In this document: positions 1 to 11,945 of the stretch, one piece after another
Numbering within the stretch: position 1 is the stretch's first letter
How the letters are laid out: each line of letters starts with the position of its first letter
Source of the DNA: Cladosporium halotolerans
Lineage: Eukaryota
Direction: 5' to 3'
Assembly: GCF_011745625.1 (NCBI RefSeq)
Contig: NW_027191456.1
Coordinates: 806,001 to 870,000, forward strand
Length of the DNA: 64,000 nt
Notes under the pieces: generated by a model
What the model was told of the DNA's origin: nothing
The model's database searches: none
The model's input: only the letters and a program-made list of their open reading frames with translations
Program-made: the position numbers and the translations under genes

Positions 1-1801
1 TCACGGCGTGCACAACTCCTGCGCTGGGCGTCCATCCGGCGGCGCGGCAGCGCATCAGCGTGTGCAAATGGAATGCATCCGCTCACGTCGCGGCAGCCTT
101 CGCGCCTTTCGTCACAGACGCCACAAGCGGCCTCCCGCTCTTGCGGCTGCGAAGCGTAATTCGCATCGGAGGCTGGCTGGCCGGCAAGGTAGGGCACCGC
201 GGTAGGCTGCCGCAAAGGCGCAACTCTAAGACTCAGACAGCGTGGGGCTAGGACAGACACAGGCGGCATGGATACCAGAGCCTGCGCCCGCGTCCGCCCA
301 GCGACCCGTGCCCTGCCGAAGGCCACAACAATGACGCCTGCAAGACGTCTTCACGCCGCGACGTGCAGCGACAACGCGGCGTGATCTTCGCGAACAAACC
401 TTCACCACGCTACCACGTCCACCTGGAGCAGCAGTGGAGGGGAAAGGGTTACGCAGGTTCGCGCGGGGTGTCAGACGCTGCTAGCTGCTAGTCGTGCTCG
501 CCGTCGCCGTTGCGCTGTTCGCACGACTCGATTCGTCCTCTGCGCGAATCTGCTGCCCTCGCATGTCGCACCCCACGACATTTACTCCGACCGTGTCACT
601 CCGTCTCGCGCCGCGCATCCGACGTCAAGCCAGCCAACCACCGCCGCCCAGCTGTCCGTCCGGGCGTTCGAAGCCTCAATGCTCGCTACCAAGTCTACCC
701 AGCATTCTTCCCAACAGCATGCTCCTCGCAGTCGCGCGCCGCCCAGGGCGCCTTTTAGCCTGCGACGATGACGGCACCTGCAGGCGAGCCTTTTGGCTTC
801 TTCGACTGCAAGCCACCGATCGGCCGAAGATCACCGCGGATGGCAAACCCTCTGCGCGCCCCATTGTTCCGCGGCCTGCCTGCCTTTGCGCTTAGCAGAC
901 GCACTTATTACACGTGAGTTTCGCCCGAGTGGGGGCGATAGGACGAGCGAGACGAAACGAGGGGCACGTCGTCACAGCCGTCCATCATCTTCGTGTTATG
1001 CCTATCGCGATCAAACGCCGTGCCCGCATCCCTTCCCTTAACGGGCAGCAAGCTATAGCCAGTTTGCTGTGCTGTGAGAGAGACCCTCACCTCCCCTACT
1101 TTCGATGCACAGGGCAGATCAGCAGCAACCAGCGCACGCATCCTTCCTCGCCTATAGTCGAATCCTCTTTGACTAAAAAATTCCAAACCGCGCCTAATCT
1201 CCCTTTTCGTCTTGGCGCAAGCATCAAACCCAACGGCTCCGAAGGTCTCCTCTCATTCTCTCGCTGCCTCACACACAGCACGCAGCGGCCTGCTGCTGCA
1301 CGCCTTCCCCACGCCTACCATCGCTTCAACGGCCAAGGCAGCGCGCAGTGCCGTGCTTGCCGGCGTGAGATCTTGGTTTTGGGAAATATGCAGGCGGTCT
1401 GATCCTTCCGCGGGGCAGGAGTTGGGTCGCACGCGCTGAGAGGCGTCCGGTACCGTGATTTTCTGTTGCACAGTGCTGTCGGGAGTCGGAAGTCGGGTTG
1501 AGGCTGGCGTTCGCCTGTTTTGGATGTGTTGCACCGCCTCTTGTCTTTGTGGTGTGTGAAAGCGGGTAGGTTGAGATCCGGAGATGCATATATTATTGTG
1601 TACCTTGGTAGTGTGATCGCTCTGTTATTATTATCGTTGATGGAGTGTTGTTGAGGTCTTGGAACTCTGATCATCCGTTTTGATGGCTCGTATTCGTTTC
1701 GCTCGCGCTGTGAACCAGAATCCGTTCAACGCTCCAAAGCGATCTATCTGTTTACTGTATCTCTTCTATTTTCATATCATCGTGACTCTAAATCAGGCCG
1801 T

Positions 1802-3151
1802 TCAGGCATCAACAACACCATACGGCGTCGCCTGCGCCGTCTCCAGGTCGATGTACCCGTACTTCTCCATCTTCGTGTCAGCGCTCATGCCCTGGAACCA
1901 CGTGCCCATATCCTTCTTGAACGCCTCCATATTCTCCTCCTTGCTCAGATCGATCGGCTCCTGATCCTTGCCCATCTGCCTGATCTGCGTGCCCGCCGCA
2001 ACGTTCGTGATGCCGAAATCGTTGTCGTCCATCAACATCTGAATGGCTCCACTGACCCTGCCGGACAGAATATCCGCGCACAGCCTCGGCTCCTGACAAA
2101 CTGGCCTCGCGAGCCCAACGCCATCAACGCTCTTCAGCGCCTCCACCATCGCGCCGGCAGTCTTGAACCCGCCCGTCACGTACACCTTCGTCTTGCTCAA
2201 GGCAGGCGTGATCTGCTCCGCGAAGTCGAGGAAGAACGCCTCGCGCGCCTTGCTGCTCTCGCGCTTGTGCCCGAACGCCAGCTGCTCGTACGTGCCGCCG
2301 GACAGCTCGATGAAGTCGAACTTGTTCGCCTCGAGGATCGCGCCCAGCTGCTTCGCCTCCTCCGGCTGGAAGCCCTTGTCCTGGAACTCGACGCTGTTCA
2401 TCTTGATGCCGAGGATGAAGGACGGCGAGGTGCGGCGGCGCACTTCCTGCGCGATCTCGACGATCAGCCGCGCGCGGTTCTCCAGGCTGCCGCCGTAGGC
2501 GTCCGTGCGCTTGTTGGTCGTCTGCGACAGGAATTGCGCCAGCAGGTAGCCGTGCGCGCCGTGCAGCTGGATGCCGTCGTAGCCGGCCTTCTCGAGGTAG
2601 GCGGCGGCGTGGGCGAAGCCGTCGACGATGCGGGCGATGTCCGCCTCAGTGGCGGCGCGGGGCTTGGCGAACTTCAGGCCCATGACTTCCTTGTCGAGGT
2701 GCACGTCGGAGGCGCTGATGGGGTGCTGCTGGATGCGGGCCTCGACCTGGCGGCCCGGGTGCGAGACCTGCCCGACCATGAGGTTGCCGTGGGCTTTGCC
2801 CTGGCGGGCCATCTCGGCGAAGGAGTCGAAGCGCTCGCCGGAGAAGGGGGCCCCGACGGGGATGATGGGGTTGCCGGGCGCTTCGAGGTGGTCGTACTCG
2901 AACATGATGTTGCCCGTCAGGATGTGGCCGATGCCGCCCTCGCCCCAGCGCTTGTAGACGTTGTGGAGGTTCTTGCTGGGCACGCCGCGCGCCTCGAGGT
3001 TGACGGGGTCCCAGGAGGAGATGCGCTCGGTCATGGCGCCTTTGAGGAAGCGGTTGGGTGCATCGCGGTTGGCGAACTCGAAGTGCAGGGGCTGGCCGAG
3101 GGGAGAGGCGTCGACCTTCTCGGTCGAGTAGCGGGTAGAGGAGGCAGACAT
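1802..3151 (-). CDS. NADH:flavin oxidoreductase / Old Yellow Enzyme family protein (449 aa, intronless)
   Basis: OYE motifs NRFLKGAMTE, QVSHPGRQ, GYDGIQLHGAHGYLLAQFLS, TNKRTDAYGGSLENR; strong GC3 bias. Confidence 0.95.
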   Translation of the reverse strand: MSASSTRYSTEKVDASPLGQPLHFEFANRDAPNRFLKGAMTERISSWDPVNLEARGVPSKNLHNVYKRWGEGGIGHILTGNIMFEYDHLEAPGNPIIPVGAPFSGERFDSFAEMARQGKAHGNLMVGQVSHPGRQVEARIQQHPISASDVHLDKEVMGLKFAKPRAATEADIARIVDGFAHAAAYLEKAGYDGIQLHGAHGYLLAQFLSQTTNKRTDAYGGSLENRARLIVEIAQEVRRRTSPSFILGIKMNSVEFQDKGFQPEEAKQLGAILEANKFDFIELSGGTYEQLAFGHKRESSKAREAFFLDFAEQITPALSKTKVYVTGGFKTAGAMVEALKSVDGVGLARPVCQEPRLCADILSGRVSGAIQMLMDDNDFGITNVAAGTQIRQMGKDQEPIDLSKEENMEAFKKDMGTWFQGMSADTKMEKYGYIDLETAQATPYGVVDA

Positions 3152-3732
3152 GTTGAGGGGTGGCGTTGTTTGTGTAGAGATGTAGTGAAGGAAGGGAGGA
3201 TTGGATACAAGGAAACTGTTTTATGAAGAATAGACTGGAGACACGCAATGCTTACAATTGTTGCCCTACCGTAGTACCCGCGTCGCTGTCTTCGCTCTGC
3301 TTCTCGGCCTCTGCTTAGAAATGCACTTGGACGTGTTGTCGGTGAGGACCCGTTTCCGGCGTGGGACCGGGGATGAGGGTCTTTCGCCTCGGCACATGAT
3401 GTCATTGCGTATTGCGTAGGAGAATTCGATCTGAAGAACGTGGACCCTGATGGACATCGGCGCCAGTGTCTGGAACGAAGACGGATCTGTGCGGTAAACC
3501 ACCAGCAATGTAGTCCTGAGATTTCAGATGAGGCTGAGCACGAGCTGATGCCAATGCTGTGGTCGTCCTGGATTTGCATCGATCCCCAAGATCGTTCTTT
3601 AATCAATTAGATTGGCTGTGCCCGGTCCAGAAAGCGCTGACGTGATCAGCGCGCTTGTCAAATTTTAGCGCAAAAGGATGAAACTCTTGCCTCGGCAGAG
3701 CAAAACAGCAGATCAATTGAGCAAAAGATCAG

Positions 3733-3805
3733 TGCCCTAAGACGGAGTCGAACCGGCGACCTCGTCATTACTAGTGACGCGCTCTACCAACTGAGCTATC
3801 AGGGC
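3733..3805 (-). tRNA. tRNA-Thr(AGT), no intron
   Basis: Minus strand reads GCCCTGA TAGCTCAGTTGGTAGAGC G CGTCA CTAGTAA TGACG AGGTC GCCGG TTCGACT CCGTC TTAGGGC A; one T-stem mismatch; TTTT terminator a few nt downstream. Confidence 0.95.
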
Positions 3806-4131
3806 AAGGGCTTACTGAGCTTTTGTTGAGGTTCTACCCCTCTGTGATAATAATAATCTTTTGACTGTTACCGTCTCGTCCTCAATGAGCAACCATGGTG
3901 CTACGTCCAAGGACCAGGCGAGGTTTTGCTAGTATGCGATTCTGCACTGCCATATGATTGACTTGTAGTAGATTCATGATTCCCAGCGCATCGCTGATAG
4001 GCCGGCATGACAAGCTACCTCAGACTAGATACCTAGGTAGCCGTGTGTGGTGAATTGCGGTAATCTCTCCCCTTCGAGGGTCACTCCAGGCACTATGCCG
4101 GTAGCATTAAGCCAGTAGCTTCGAAATTTTC

Positions 4132-6352
4132 TCAATTACCAGACTGCAGCTCTCCCAGATCAGGGTAGCGTAAATCAGCCTTCTCTTCCAAGAAGGCCAT
4201 CCAGTTCTTCAAGAATTTCGAACCTCTGCTCACCGTTTCTGAGTCGCCGACCACACAGAGGTGCCGTCTCGGACGGGTCATAGCCACTGTACACCGACTC
4301 GTCAGCTTTCACTTCTCGGTTCAAGGAAGCTTGATGACTTACCATTCAAACGTCTCTTCTCAGCCAAGAACCCGACCTCCCGCTCCGGATTGCTTCTCAC
4401 CAAGCTCACAACGACAGCCTCCTTCTCTCTACCTTGGAATCCGTCCACACTGCCTAACTCGACTCCAGGATGCTTCTCCTTCATTTGGTCGCGCACAACG
4501 CCAAGCTGTCCATTGTAAGGTGTGATCACCGCAATATCTTCCTCTCTCACGCCGGCCGCAACGAGCTTGCTCACGTGTAGACGGACGAGCGCGGCCTCAT
4601 TTTCGTTGATCTTGCTGTCCGCCAGGAGCGCAGACTTGCCTTTCGCGCCACCTTCGTCGTCTTCAATCTGTTCCGGGAAGTCGCCACCCTGAGTATCATA
4701 GTACACGAGTGGCACGCTTGTGTCGTCGGTTTCTTCCACTTCGTAGGGCAAATCTGTGAGTAAGCGAGACTTGACAGCGTCAGCCGACACAAGCTCATTG
4801 TTGTATAGCGCTTCCGAAGGGAAAGCATTAATATCCTCGTGCATGCGGTACTGTGTCGTCAACATGCGTTTGATGCCGTCGCCGTACAATTTCAACAGGC
4901 GGTCAAACATGGTCGTTTCCAGCTTCACGTCATCCTCGCTCTTCTTCCCATCGACTTTCAGTCCCTCCATGTTCTTCACCAGGCCTTGCTCAACAGCCGC
5001 TCCTGCGCCACTCTTCATATTCGAGCTCTTTATCGTCGGTGGCAGCTGCAAATGATCTCCAGCCAGCACCAACTTCTGCACGCCCTTGACACCCATCACA
5101 GGGATCCAGCACTGCGCTTCCAACGCCTGACTCGCTTCATCAATAATGACAACATCAAACTCCTCATCCTTGATTAAGTTCCCCCCAGACCCATGCAAAG
5201 TCGCCAGCACCACCTTGCTCCCCTTCAACAACTCCGCCACAACCCGATTCTCCCTCTGCCGGAACTCCTTCCGCAGCTCCTTCATCTCCGTCCAAATCGC
5301 CTTCCTCTCCCTGCCATTCTTCGTCTTCCGCACCGACGCCTGCTTCTTGTCCATCTCGCCACGGATGTCGCGCACAATCCCCGCGGCATCGCTGCTCTGC
5401 GACAGCACGTCGAGGCTGTGCTCCAGGACGCCGGGGAGGAGGCGTGCGGGGTGGCCCAGGCGGACCATGGGGACTTTGTGCGGCGCGAGGCGCTCGACGA
5501 TGTTGTCGACGGAGATGTTGGACGGGCCGCAGACGAGGATGCGTGAGCCGCGGGAGATTAGTTGGAGGATTAGCTCGATGAGCGTGTGCGTTTTGCCGGT
5601 GCCGGGTGGGCCGTGGATGAGGGAGATTTCGCGCGAGGCGAGCGCGTGTTGGATTGCGGCTTGTTGGGAGGGGTTGAGGGAGTCGTTGGTGTATTTTATC
5701 GGGGCCGAGAGGTCTGAGGGTGAGATTGGTGTGGGTGTTGCTTGGTTGAAGAGGACTTGGGTTAAGGGAGAGGTTGAGGAAGGGGTGAGCTTTTGCAGAC
5801 GATTCATCGTCTGCGTGAGGCGTTTGTGTGTGGTTTCGTTGGCAAGTTTGACACTGTAAGGAGAGTTCTATCTATCAGCCTACCTGTCCCTCCGTGTGAG
5901 AGGTCTTTTACGGGCTGCACGTACAGCCATAGTTTGCCGCCGGATGGAATCTCTGCGTCTTCCTTGTCCAGGGCTACGGAGATGTCTTCGCGTCGCACGC
6001 GCTGCACGACACCAGTGACTTTCTTCGCTTCGATTACTTCGCGATCGCGTTTCTTCTCGCTGCCTTTAGGCTGCTCGGCCACGGCGCACAGGTCACCGGG
6101 ACGAAGGCCATGTTCGGGGAGATCGCCACTGGTGATGGCAGGGTCGAGGGCGAGCTCTAGTTGCGTCTTCCCTGCGAAACCAGTACGCTGATTTGCTATG
6201 TGCAGGTTCAGTAGCGCTAGTCCCGCACGCTGGAGGACAGTGGGAGCATGGGTAGATGTGAGGATAGCGGTCTCTTCGATCTCAGCGCCATGTTCGACAT
6301 CGAGAAGTGAGAGCTGTGAGGTAGCGAAAGTGGCAATATCTGTTGGCGCCAT
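4132..6352 (-). CDS. HCS1: SF1 DNA/RNA helicase, Hcs1/IGHMBP2 (SMUBP-2) family
   Basis: Exons 6352-5925, 5853-4343, 4286-4132; introns 5924-5854 (GTACGT..CAG) and 4342-4287 (GTAAGT..CAG) restore KLWLVKLAN and RRLNVAMTRPR; motifs IHGPPGTGKT, IIDEASQ, GDHLQLPP, QYRMH, VDGFQGREKE. Confidence 0.92.
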
Positions 6353-6550
6353 GCTGTCGATATCGAAGCTACCTACGGTCTCGGAAGCGGTGTAAAAAGT
6401 CAGAAGAGTTGATGGGTGTGGGATGAAAATCATGAGTGGATGTTTTGATGCTCTTCAGATGCCCGCATGACGTGCAGATGTGGGGTGCAGCTCGTCTCTG
6501 GCTTCGGTCTTTCACATGCCTGCCTGGCTGGGTGACCTCATTCACGACCG

Positions 6551-6568
6551 ACACACACACACACACAC
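6551..6568. repeat. (AC)9 microsatellite in the divergent helicase/peroxin intergenic region
   Basis: acacacacacacacacac seen directly. Confidence 0.85.
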
Positions 6569-6630
6569 CAGGCCATGTGATAGCGGCACATCTCGCTGCG
6601 CTCGCAGCACCCAGTTTTACCACACACAAC

Positions 6631-8127
6631 ATGGACGATCAGGATGGCGAGGCCATCGTCAACCGTGACGAGACCATCCCAGTCCTCCGCATCCCCTCGC
6701 ACGCATCCCAGAACAGCGCCGACCTCTCCGACACAGACCCGCTTCAGCTTAAGCCAGGCGGTCGCCGCGATCGAATGAAAGAGCACGCGTCAAAGATCAA
6801 AGACCGCTTGGTGACCGATCATGGCTCGCCGTACGCGCCGAGTATACAGGAGCGGCTCTTCAACGGCCTCATGTCCCAGATTATCCCGCCTGAGGAGCTG
6901 AGCGAGAACGAAAACGCACAAGATGATGGGAAGCCAAAGGATAGAAGGAGTAGGCAATATGTGGACAGACCGAACTTCAGCGTTGGCATGATGAGTGGTA
7001 ATTTCCGCCGCTTCAACGCAAGAATTGGTATCGTCTTCGTCTTCCAAAACAGACTGATTCGGCTGTTTACCTGGAAGCAACCAACTGCTACACTGAGCTT
7101 TCTCGCGATCTATACGCTCGTATGCCTGGACCCGGAGCTTCTTCCTTTGATCCCTCTTGTCGCTACTCTCTTCTTCATCATGCTGCCATCCTTCCTCGCA
7201 AGACACCCAGTCGCCGAAAATGAGCTTAGGCTGGACTCTAGATATTTCGGACCGCCCATCGCGCCTCCTTCACGTGTGAAGCCTGCTCCCGAGCTAAGCA
7301 AAGATTTCTTTCGAAACATGCGAGACCTACAAAACTGCATGGAAGACTTTTCCCGCATGCACGATGCGGCGAACGAGTATGTTACGCCGTACACCAACTT
7401 CAGCGACGAGGGCGTGAGCTCTGAGCTCTACCTTGTGCTGTTTGTTCTATCCATCGCAGCCTTCATCGCCAGCCACCTCATGCCCTGGCGTGCTGTGGCA
7501 CTCCTCGGAGGCTGGGCGGCAGTTTGTTCTTGCCATCCGAATGCGCAGAGCATAATCTTCTCAACTGAGAATCAGAAGCACTTTCACCACACTTTCGAGG
7601 GTTTGCAAGCCTGGATCCGCGACTGGGTCGAGCGAGACATCATCCTGGACGAGCCCGCCGAAGTAAGGCAAGTGGAAATCTTCGAGCTCCAAAGACATCA
7701 TGAATCATCTGGCACATGGGAATCATGGCTCTTCTCCCCATCACCTTACGATCCGCTTTCTCCATCTCGAATAGCAGGCGCGAGAGCGAAAGGGACACAG
7801 TTCTTTGAGGAAGTGCAGCCGCCTACTGGATGGAAGTGGAAAGACAAGAAATGGTCTCTCGACCTTTACAGTCGCGAATGGGTGGAACGGCGAATCATCA
7901 CTGGCGTTGAGATTGAGACTGAGGGCGAACGTTGGGTTTACGACATACCGGCCGAAAGTCTGGATTTACCGACCAGCATCGGGAGCCAGAAGAAGCAGAG
8001 AGTAAAGTCTATCCCCAAGAGCGGGTGGGAAGAGGGGAATGGAATGGACAAGAAGGGACTTTGGAGGCGGCGGCGATGGGTAAGGGACGTAGAAAGAGTC
8101 ATCGTGAAGGCAAGTCCGCATGATTGA
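6631..8127 (+). CDS. Integral peroxisomal membrane peroxin, Pex24/Pex28/Pex29 family (reticulon-like + dysferlin domains)
   Basis: ATG in cacaacATGG context; NFRRFNARIG, SKDFFRNMRDLQNCMEDFS, EIFELQR and WRRRRWVR are typical of the family. Confidence 0.88.
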   Translation: MDDQDGEAIVNRDETIPVLRIPSHASQNSADLSDTDPLQLKPGGRRDRMKEHASKIKDRLVTDHGSPYAPSIQERLFNGLMSQIIPPEELSENENAQDDGKPKDRRSRQYVDRPNFSVGMMSGNFRRFNARIGIVFVFQNRLIRLFTWKQPTATLSFLAIYTLVCLDPELLPLIPLVATLFFIMLPSFLARHPVAENELRLDSRYFGPPIAPPSRVKPAPELSKDFFRNMRDLQNCMEDFSRMHDAANEYVTPYTNFSDEGVSSELYLVLFVLSIAAFIASHLMPWRAVALLGGWAAVCSCHPNAQSIIFSTENQKHFHHTFEGLQAWIRDWVERDIILDEPAEVRQVEIFELQRHHESSGTWESWLFSPSPYDPLSPSRIAGARAKGTQFFEEVQPPTGWKWKDKKWSLDLYSREWVERRIITGVEIETEGERWVYDIPAESLDLPTSIGSQKKQRVKSIPKSGWEEGNGMDKKGLWRRRRWVRDVERVIVKASPHD

Positions 8128-8637
8128 TTTGTAGCAGTTTTGGATATACCCTCAGTGTGAATTTGGAATTCTAAGCAACAGGGCTGATATTTATGCTTCT
8201 TTCCAGCGCTCCCACAGACGATCATTGAGCCCTTGGAGTACGCTTGATGCTGGAGTTGTCAACCCTGGTGCTGTTGAGCCTGCCGCTATCAACTAGACTG
8301 CAACTGATCTAGATGACGCCATCCAGTAGTTGTTATACCGCTGTCATTGCAGACCCATTGCAGGCTACCTACGGCATCCTTTTGACCGCACTTCAATATA
8401 CCCATGCCACTTTGACACTGATATTGCCGTCCAACGCGGTGCCGTTCGAGAGCCACAATGGCTCATGGCTGGTATTCTGTATCAATTTTCCTGGCTCGTT
8501 CCTGTCTGCCATCGGGCATCTTGTGGTGATCATAACTGTTCTTATACATAAGGTGATCCGGCCATCGAAAGGGTTTGCACGCCAATGAGCTCATGATGTT
8601 GCAAGTTCTGCATGCTGCTTAGGTCGTGTCTCACTGT

Positions 8638-9555
8638 TCAAGCTCCATCAAGGAACTCTTCGAGAGTGACTAATTTCTCCATTTGCGATTTCCCTTCCAG
8701 TGCCTTGCTCAGCTCGTTTTTGATCTTTTTCGTGTGCGCAATTTCGATTTTCTTGCGTGATTCGATTGCACGTGCAACTTCTTGTTCGCGTCGATGCGAC
8801 CGATGCGCTTGTCCATGGACGAGGCACAGCCAATGCGCCAGGTCTGCGTCGTCTGTGTACCCCAAGCGACGTTCCCTTGAAATCCTTTTCACGGTTTTAT
8901 GTAAATTTTTCAGGGCCCTCATGGTGTTCTGCTCGTCTTTGTGCGTGAGACAGGCTCGTTTTGCCGCCAGTGGCGTGGTCTTACGCCGGAAGAGGAGAAC
9001 AACATTCAGGTGACAGACGTTCATTTTCGTGACAGATCCAAGCTTCTGTAAGCCTGATGAAATTCTACCTGGGGTGCTCGCGCGCTTCTCGAGTTCCAAG
9101 ACGGACTCCAGTGCGCCGTTATCGAGCAGAAAGCGGACGCGAAAGCCATGCTTGGTTTTTTCGCTCAGAGAGTGAAGCAGAGTCTTCGAGAGCACTTCAG
9201 CCAGATCCTCTAGACAGTCAACTTCGTAATTCTCGGCGTCGAAGTTGTACCTTTTCACCCCGGTGATGAGAGCCTTGTGTTTGTGGATGGGATCGAATTC
9301 TGCGCGAAGCTGACGGCAGGTCTGGCTGAGAGGATGCTTGGAGAGAGACTGACGCAAACAGTCGTTGACACTCAGATGGCTGTCTTCTGGCTCGGGTTTC
9401 GTGAGCTGGCGAATGGAGATGCTGACTTCTTCAACGTCCTCAACAACGTGCTGGTAGATCGTGTTCCTCAGCTCTGGAGGAATTCCAGTCAGTGAGGCCC
9501 TTGGAGGAGGCTGGGTGATGGACATTGTTGGCTTTTTCTTCTTGTTGCCTGCCAT
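8638..9555 (-). CDS. Hypothetical protein with N-terminal F-box-like motif
   Basis: ASLTGIPPELRNTIYQHVV then HPLSQTCRQLRAE; likely start MAGNKKKK with a TATA-like box near 9628-9633. Confidence 0.7.
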   Translation of the reverse strand: MAGNKKKKPTMSITQPPPRASLTGIPPELRNTIYQHVVEDVEEVSISIRQLTKPEPEDSHLSVNDCLRQSLSKHPLSQTCRQLRAEFDPIHKHKALITGVKRYNFDAENYEVDCLEDLAEVLSKTLLHSLSEKTKHGFRVRFLLDNGALESVLELEKRASTPGRISSGLQKLGSVTKMNVCHLNVVLLFRRKTTPLAAKRACLTHKDEQNTMRALKNLHKTVKRISRERRLGYTDDADLAHWLCLVHGQAHRSHRREQEVARAIESRKKIEIAHTKKIKNELSKALEGKSQMEKLVTLEEFLDGA

Positions 9556-10246
9556 TGTGTTGGTAGTGCAATGTTTGTCGGTGAATGTTGAATTCAAGAG
9601 TGCGAGGATGTGCAGGGGAGTCTCCTCTTTATATGCGTGGCAGAAGCTCCTGTTCACAGATCGCTGCTACTCATAGCATGTGACATTGTCACATGACGAC
9701 GTTGTTCATTCGCTTCATTGATATGAAGGTTGCTGTACCATGGAGTACCTACTGTCAGCTCTCAGTGAAGACAAGGAAGTCAAGGAACCAGTCGTATTGT
9801 CACAGGTAACGGCACAGCTTGCCCGTCAAAGGGTCCTGGTCTCGTGTACGGCATCGCGGCGTAATCACTTGATATTGGGATTCCAAAGCTGCGGGCCATC
9901 GGCGCAGTCCTCAGTAGTCTTCACCACGAAAGAAAGTAGCGGATTTCCACGGACGACAAACAAACAGCATCGTCCCATATATGGATTGAATTCAGGTACT
10001 CATCAACCAAAAATCACCCGTACGCATGCCTAGTCAATTGAGCTGCCATATCTGTCTGATGCCTCTCCGAAGCTTGCACGCGCGGAGTGAGGCGAGAGGT
10101 GCCAAGCAGTTTGATGCCTGAGGCGCGCGCTGCAGAAATTCCGCCCGGAGAAGCTCTAGCAAAAAGTTCGAATTGAGAAAGCTACTCCAGCCCCGTCGCA
10201 AACCGAGCTCAAACAGACACGCACATACTCGCCGAACACCGCAACA

Positions 10247-10949
10247 ATGGCCAAGACCGAGAACGACATCCGCGAGAAGAAGGAGAAGAAGGAGAAGAAG
10301 CGCAAGGCTGAGGAGGAGGGCGAGGATGTCTCCGCAAAGAAGGACAAGAAGAAGAAGCGCAAGTCCGTTGACGCCGAGGGCGACGCTGTGATGGACGTCT
10401 CTGTTGTTGAGGCTGGCGATGACGAGGTCGTTGCTACGCCCAAGGGCGCGCTTGTTCCTTTTGCGAACCCGCTTGCGGACGACAAGCAGCAGAAGAAGGT
10501 GATGAAGGCTGTGAAGAAATGTATGCGACCGACCTCAATTCCGAGCCGAGCAAGCATTGCAATTACTGACCATGACGATAGCTGCAAAGAACAAGGCTCT
10601 CAAGCGCGGTGTCAAGGAGTGCGTCAAGGCCATCCGCAAATCCCCTGTCTCCCTCCCCAGCGCGAACGGCTCTGCCCCCGGCATTGTCATCCTGGCCGCC
10701 GACATTTCCCCCATGGACGTCATCAGCCACATTCCCGTACTTTGCGAGGATCACAACATTCCCTACCTTTACGTGGAAAGCCGCGCGGAGCTCGGTGCTG
10801 CTGGTAGCACAAAGAGGCCTACGAGTGTGGTCATGATCACCCCCCAGCAGGGCAAGGGTGCCGACAAGGATGCCGAGAAGGAGTGGAATGAGACATACGA
10901 CGAGCTTTACAAGCTCGCTATCAAGATGGGTCAGACCGTCAAGGTGTAA
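10247..10949 (+). CDS. NHP2: H/ACA snoRNP subunit Nhp2 (L7Ae family)
   Basis: Exons 10247-10520 and 10582-10949; intron GTATGC..ACTGAC..TAG; motifs PFANPLA, LKRGVKECVK, AADISPMDVISHIPVLCEDH, TKRPTSVV. Confidence 0.95.
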
Positions 10950-11378
10950 GCTTGTTCAACTTGCTTGTGTGCAGGCGGTGATTTCTTCTGGCTTATTGGT
11001 TGGAGATGGCACGGGAGTCTGGCGTTACAAGCGATGAAAGAGGGTCCATTGTTATTTACTTGAGACAGGGTGTACGAGATATGTACAGTGCGTACTCACA
11101 ATCAAAGCCAGCTTCTTATATGAGGATCAAGATCTCATTTCAAAGACGTGGCAGTCGACGACATGTCTCGAACTGCTTTGTGCTGACCGTCAGGTATACT
11201 CTTCCGGATGACGGGACGACAGAGTCTGTCTTGAATTATTCAGCCACTTGGGTGAAACACAATTGAAAAGGTGATACTCACAGCACAGCCGTCACCTGCT
11301 TGATTTTTCGCTAGCCATGATGGATGATAATCGCTCTTGGGAAAGCTTCGTCAAGCCGTTCTTGATCATTCAGCCATC

Positions 11379-11945
11379 ATGGCTGGGCTCGGGGAATCCT
11401 ACTCAGCCCTTGCACAGCGATCCATTACTCTGTCTCGGACACCCAGACGACGAATTGCTACTTCCACGGCTCCGGACGCTGATTCTCCAAAGGAGTCCGT
11501 TCTAGTCACGCAGAAGACCAAGAGCCACGGAAAATCTCCGCAATCCAATCAAACAACACCAAACGACTCAAAAGGGAAACCCAGAACTCTATTCCAAAGC
11601 ACTCGTGTCGTCCTTATCGGAGCTCGCGCCCCAAGAGCCACGCGCCGCACTGGTCACATTGGCAATTATAATTTCCTTGAGGATCACCCTTACGACATTC
11701 GGGGCATTATGGCGGAATCCAAAAACCACTACAAGATCAGATGGGCTGGAGAAGACCCTGATGGCAACAAATGGATCGACACGTGGGTCCCGAAGGATCA
11801 TGCCGACGAAGGTGCAAAGGAAGATTGGGAGTTCAGAAAGAGTTGGGGAAGGCAGAAGGAGTTTGACGATCGTAGCGAAGATCCTGATCAAGATTCTGAC
11901 GTAGATTCTGACGAAGATTCTGAGGGAAGTTCTGACGAAGATTAG
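11379..11945 (+). CDS. Small chromodomain-like protein with acidic tail
   Basis: YDIRGIMAESKNHYKIRWAG..DTWVPKDH..EDWE resembles the chromo fold; first in-frame ATG at 11379. Confidence 0.6.
   Translation: MAGLGESYSALAQRSITLSRTPRRRIATSTAPDADSPKESVLVTQKTKSHGKSPQSNQTTPNDSKGKPRTLFQSTRVVLIGARAPRATRRTGHIGNYNFLEDHPYDIRGIMAESKNHYKIRWAGEDPDGNKWIDTWVPKDHADEGAKEDWEFRKSWGRQKEFDDRSEDPDQDSDVDSDEDSEGSSDED
11877..11942 (+). repeat. Degenerate 12-bp tandem repeat (~5.5 copies) encoding the acidic tail
   Basis: gaagatcctgat caagattctgac gtagattctgac gaagattctgag ggaagttctgac gaagat. Confidence 0.75.

Noticed and set aside
2267..3226. 319-aa ORF antisense to the OYE gene
   Set aside because: Shadow of high-GC3 codon usage; no motif
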